Source: Eledone cirrhosa
Lineage: Eukaryota
Direction: 5' to 3'
Assembly: GCA_964016885.1 (NCBI GenBank)
Contig: OZ024753.1
Location: 806,001 to 870,000, forward strand
Length of the DNA: 64,000 nt
Shown: positions 62,655 to 64,000 of the stretch, one piece after another
Layout: each line of letters starts with the position of its first letter
Position numbering within the stretch: the first letter of the stretch is position 1
Notes under the pieces: model-generated
Seen by the model: the letters and a program-made list of their open reading frames with translations, nothing else
What the model was told of the DNA's origin: nothing
Database searches by the model: none
Program-made: the position numbers and the translations under genes

Positions 62655-62773
62655 CTATACTGTCTTTAAAGTTAAAACTGTACTATACGATACGATCTTT
62701 AAGAATATACTTCTATCAACAAAGAAATGTGTTTAAAACAAAAAAGTTCAATGAAAAATAGATCTTCCGTTAC

Positions 62774-62920
62774 CTTATTACTCGATGACGATGTGTAAAT
62801 ACATACAGGTGTCGTGTTCCATGTAGTTATAGTCAAAAGAAATGTCAGTTTTCATATAGATCTCTTTCGACAGACGACAGAATAAATGTCGTTTTCAATG
62901 TATTTGGTGTATTATTATTG
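62774..62920 (-). other. ARMC9: Probable non-coding first exon of ARMC9 (5' boundary approximate)
   Basis: Unique sequence with several CpGs, ending in AAG|gtaacg donor at 62774/62773; coding exon 1 needs an upstream exon; X-box immediately upstream. Confidence 0.5.
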
Positions 62921-62926
62921 TTACTC

Positions 62927-62939
62927 ATTGCTTAGCAAC
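62927..62939 (-). promoter_or_regulatory. RFX X-box motif (GTTGCTAAGCAAT)
   Basis: One mismatch from the 13-bp X-box GTTGCTAAGCAAC, positioned at the inferred 5' end of a ciliary gene. Confidence 0.6.
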
Positions 62940-63249
62940 GACACCATTCAAAACATCCGTCATATTTTATCAATATATCCCAGAAATCATCGATATTTGT
63001 AGTTAGCAAGGGACAGAGGAAGCGAGAAATACTTGCTAGTGACATGAATGTGTAGTTAATGTGTAGTTAATTCGTATGTCACACGTTTTACTTTACATAC
63101 AAACAACTGATTGAATTTTATTTACCCATTAACATAATTTATATAATGAATATGATATACAAAAGAAAATTATCAATAAAATTAATCAGAGAGAAAAAAG
63201 AAAGAAAATATAAACAGGAGAATTCTACTGATGTTTAATAAAGTAAATG

Positions 63250-64000
63250 TAAAAATGTTTATTTTACACAGCATATAAATAAATTTACACATAAATAACA
63301 TTACAAATGCTTAGATAACATTACAAATTGCTCGCAATTCTTTCAGAAAGATATATTCCTTTAATGTTGCAATATTAAAGAAAATGTAAAGGAAGTCGTG
63401 AACAACCGAGCCAACACCAGAGCAAAAGACAGCAGCTTCGCGAGGAGTACTGGGCAACCTCTCTAATAATTTTTGAGTCAAGTCAGCACACTCGTAGCGT
63501 TGCCTCGGGTGATGGCGAGGCTAATGCGCTGGAACAACCAAGCGCCCTCGCGAGCTTCGCCAGTTGCCTCTATTAAGCGAGCCACTCCAACTCGTGGGGC
63601 TCACACACGCGGCTGACCAGCTCAGCGCCTTTGGTGGTGAGTAAGGAGGTAGCCCTGGGGCCGAGGACACCAGAAGTCTCCCCTGCCAGCGGTACGACCG
63701 CAAACCTGTCGGAGAGCGACCGGTATTTGAGGAGTTTGGCCCCCTCAGCCCGACGTGCAGCAGAACTTGGGTCAGTCACAGACTGCACCAGGTTGCGGCT
63801 GCAGAAAGTGTCGGTGCAAGTGGCATCCCAGACGAGGATGTTTGCCACCGCGGAACGGGAAGATGATCATGCCATCTGGCCTTTTGCCGTCCCCTCGATC
63901 CAGCCCCACCGGCTCGAGCTGGGAAGGAAAGCCTGCAGCATTCAAACCATGCTTAATGACCTCGTTGAGGACAGCATGGCGTAGAATGCGGCCGGCACTG
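63250..64000 (-). mobile_element. CRE-like non-LTR retrotransposon 3' end (continues beyond window)
   Basis: RHAVLNEVI...[16 protein letters not shown]...VWDATCTDT...AEGAKLLKY...ETSGVLGP...WLFQRISLAITRGNA; 3' UTR shared with the 62177 copy. Confidence 0.8.

Overview
AT-rich, repeat-dense eukaryotic genomic DNA. The SINE/LINE repertoire and intron style are most consistent with an octopus (coleoid cephalopod); this is an inference. Two multi-exon genes lie tail-to-tail. (1) On +, an SLC6 Na+-coupled amino-acid transporter of the NAT/NAAT1-like type: 14 coding exons traced from 3852 to 25851, 610 aa, start exon not identified. (2) On -, the ciliary gene ARMC9: 23 coding exons traced from ATG 58999 to 36092, 790 aa, last exon uncertain. 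It has a probable non-coding first exon and an RFX X-box near 62.9 kb. All exon phases were checked by hand and join in frame. The rest is mobile DNA: RTE LINEs carrying a PHD finger inside the RT, their partner SINEs, Penelope-like fragments, CRE-like restriction-endonuclease retrotransposons, mariner, hAT and piggyBac-type MITEs, a Helentron-like element and several minisatellites. I see no clearly new multi-gene system. The most interesting signals are: a CRE-like insertion with a ~44-bp target duplication at the edge of a 24-bp minisatellite beside the ARMC9 promoter; minimal hammerhead ribozyme motifs; four foldback palindromes; unusual splice-site architecture in ARMC9; and KAAT1-like/Cys-rich features of the transporter.
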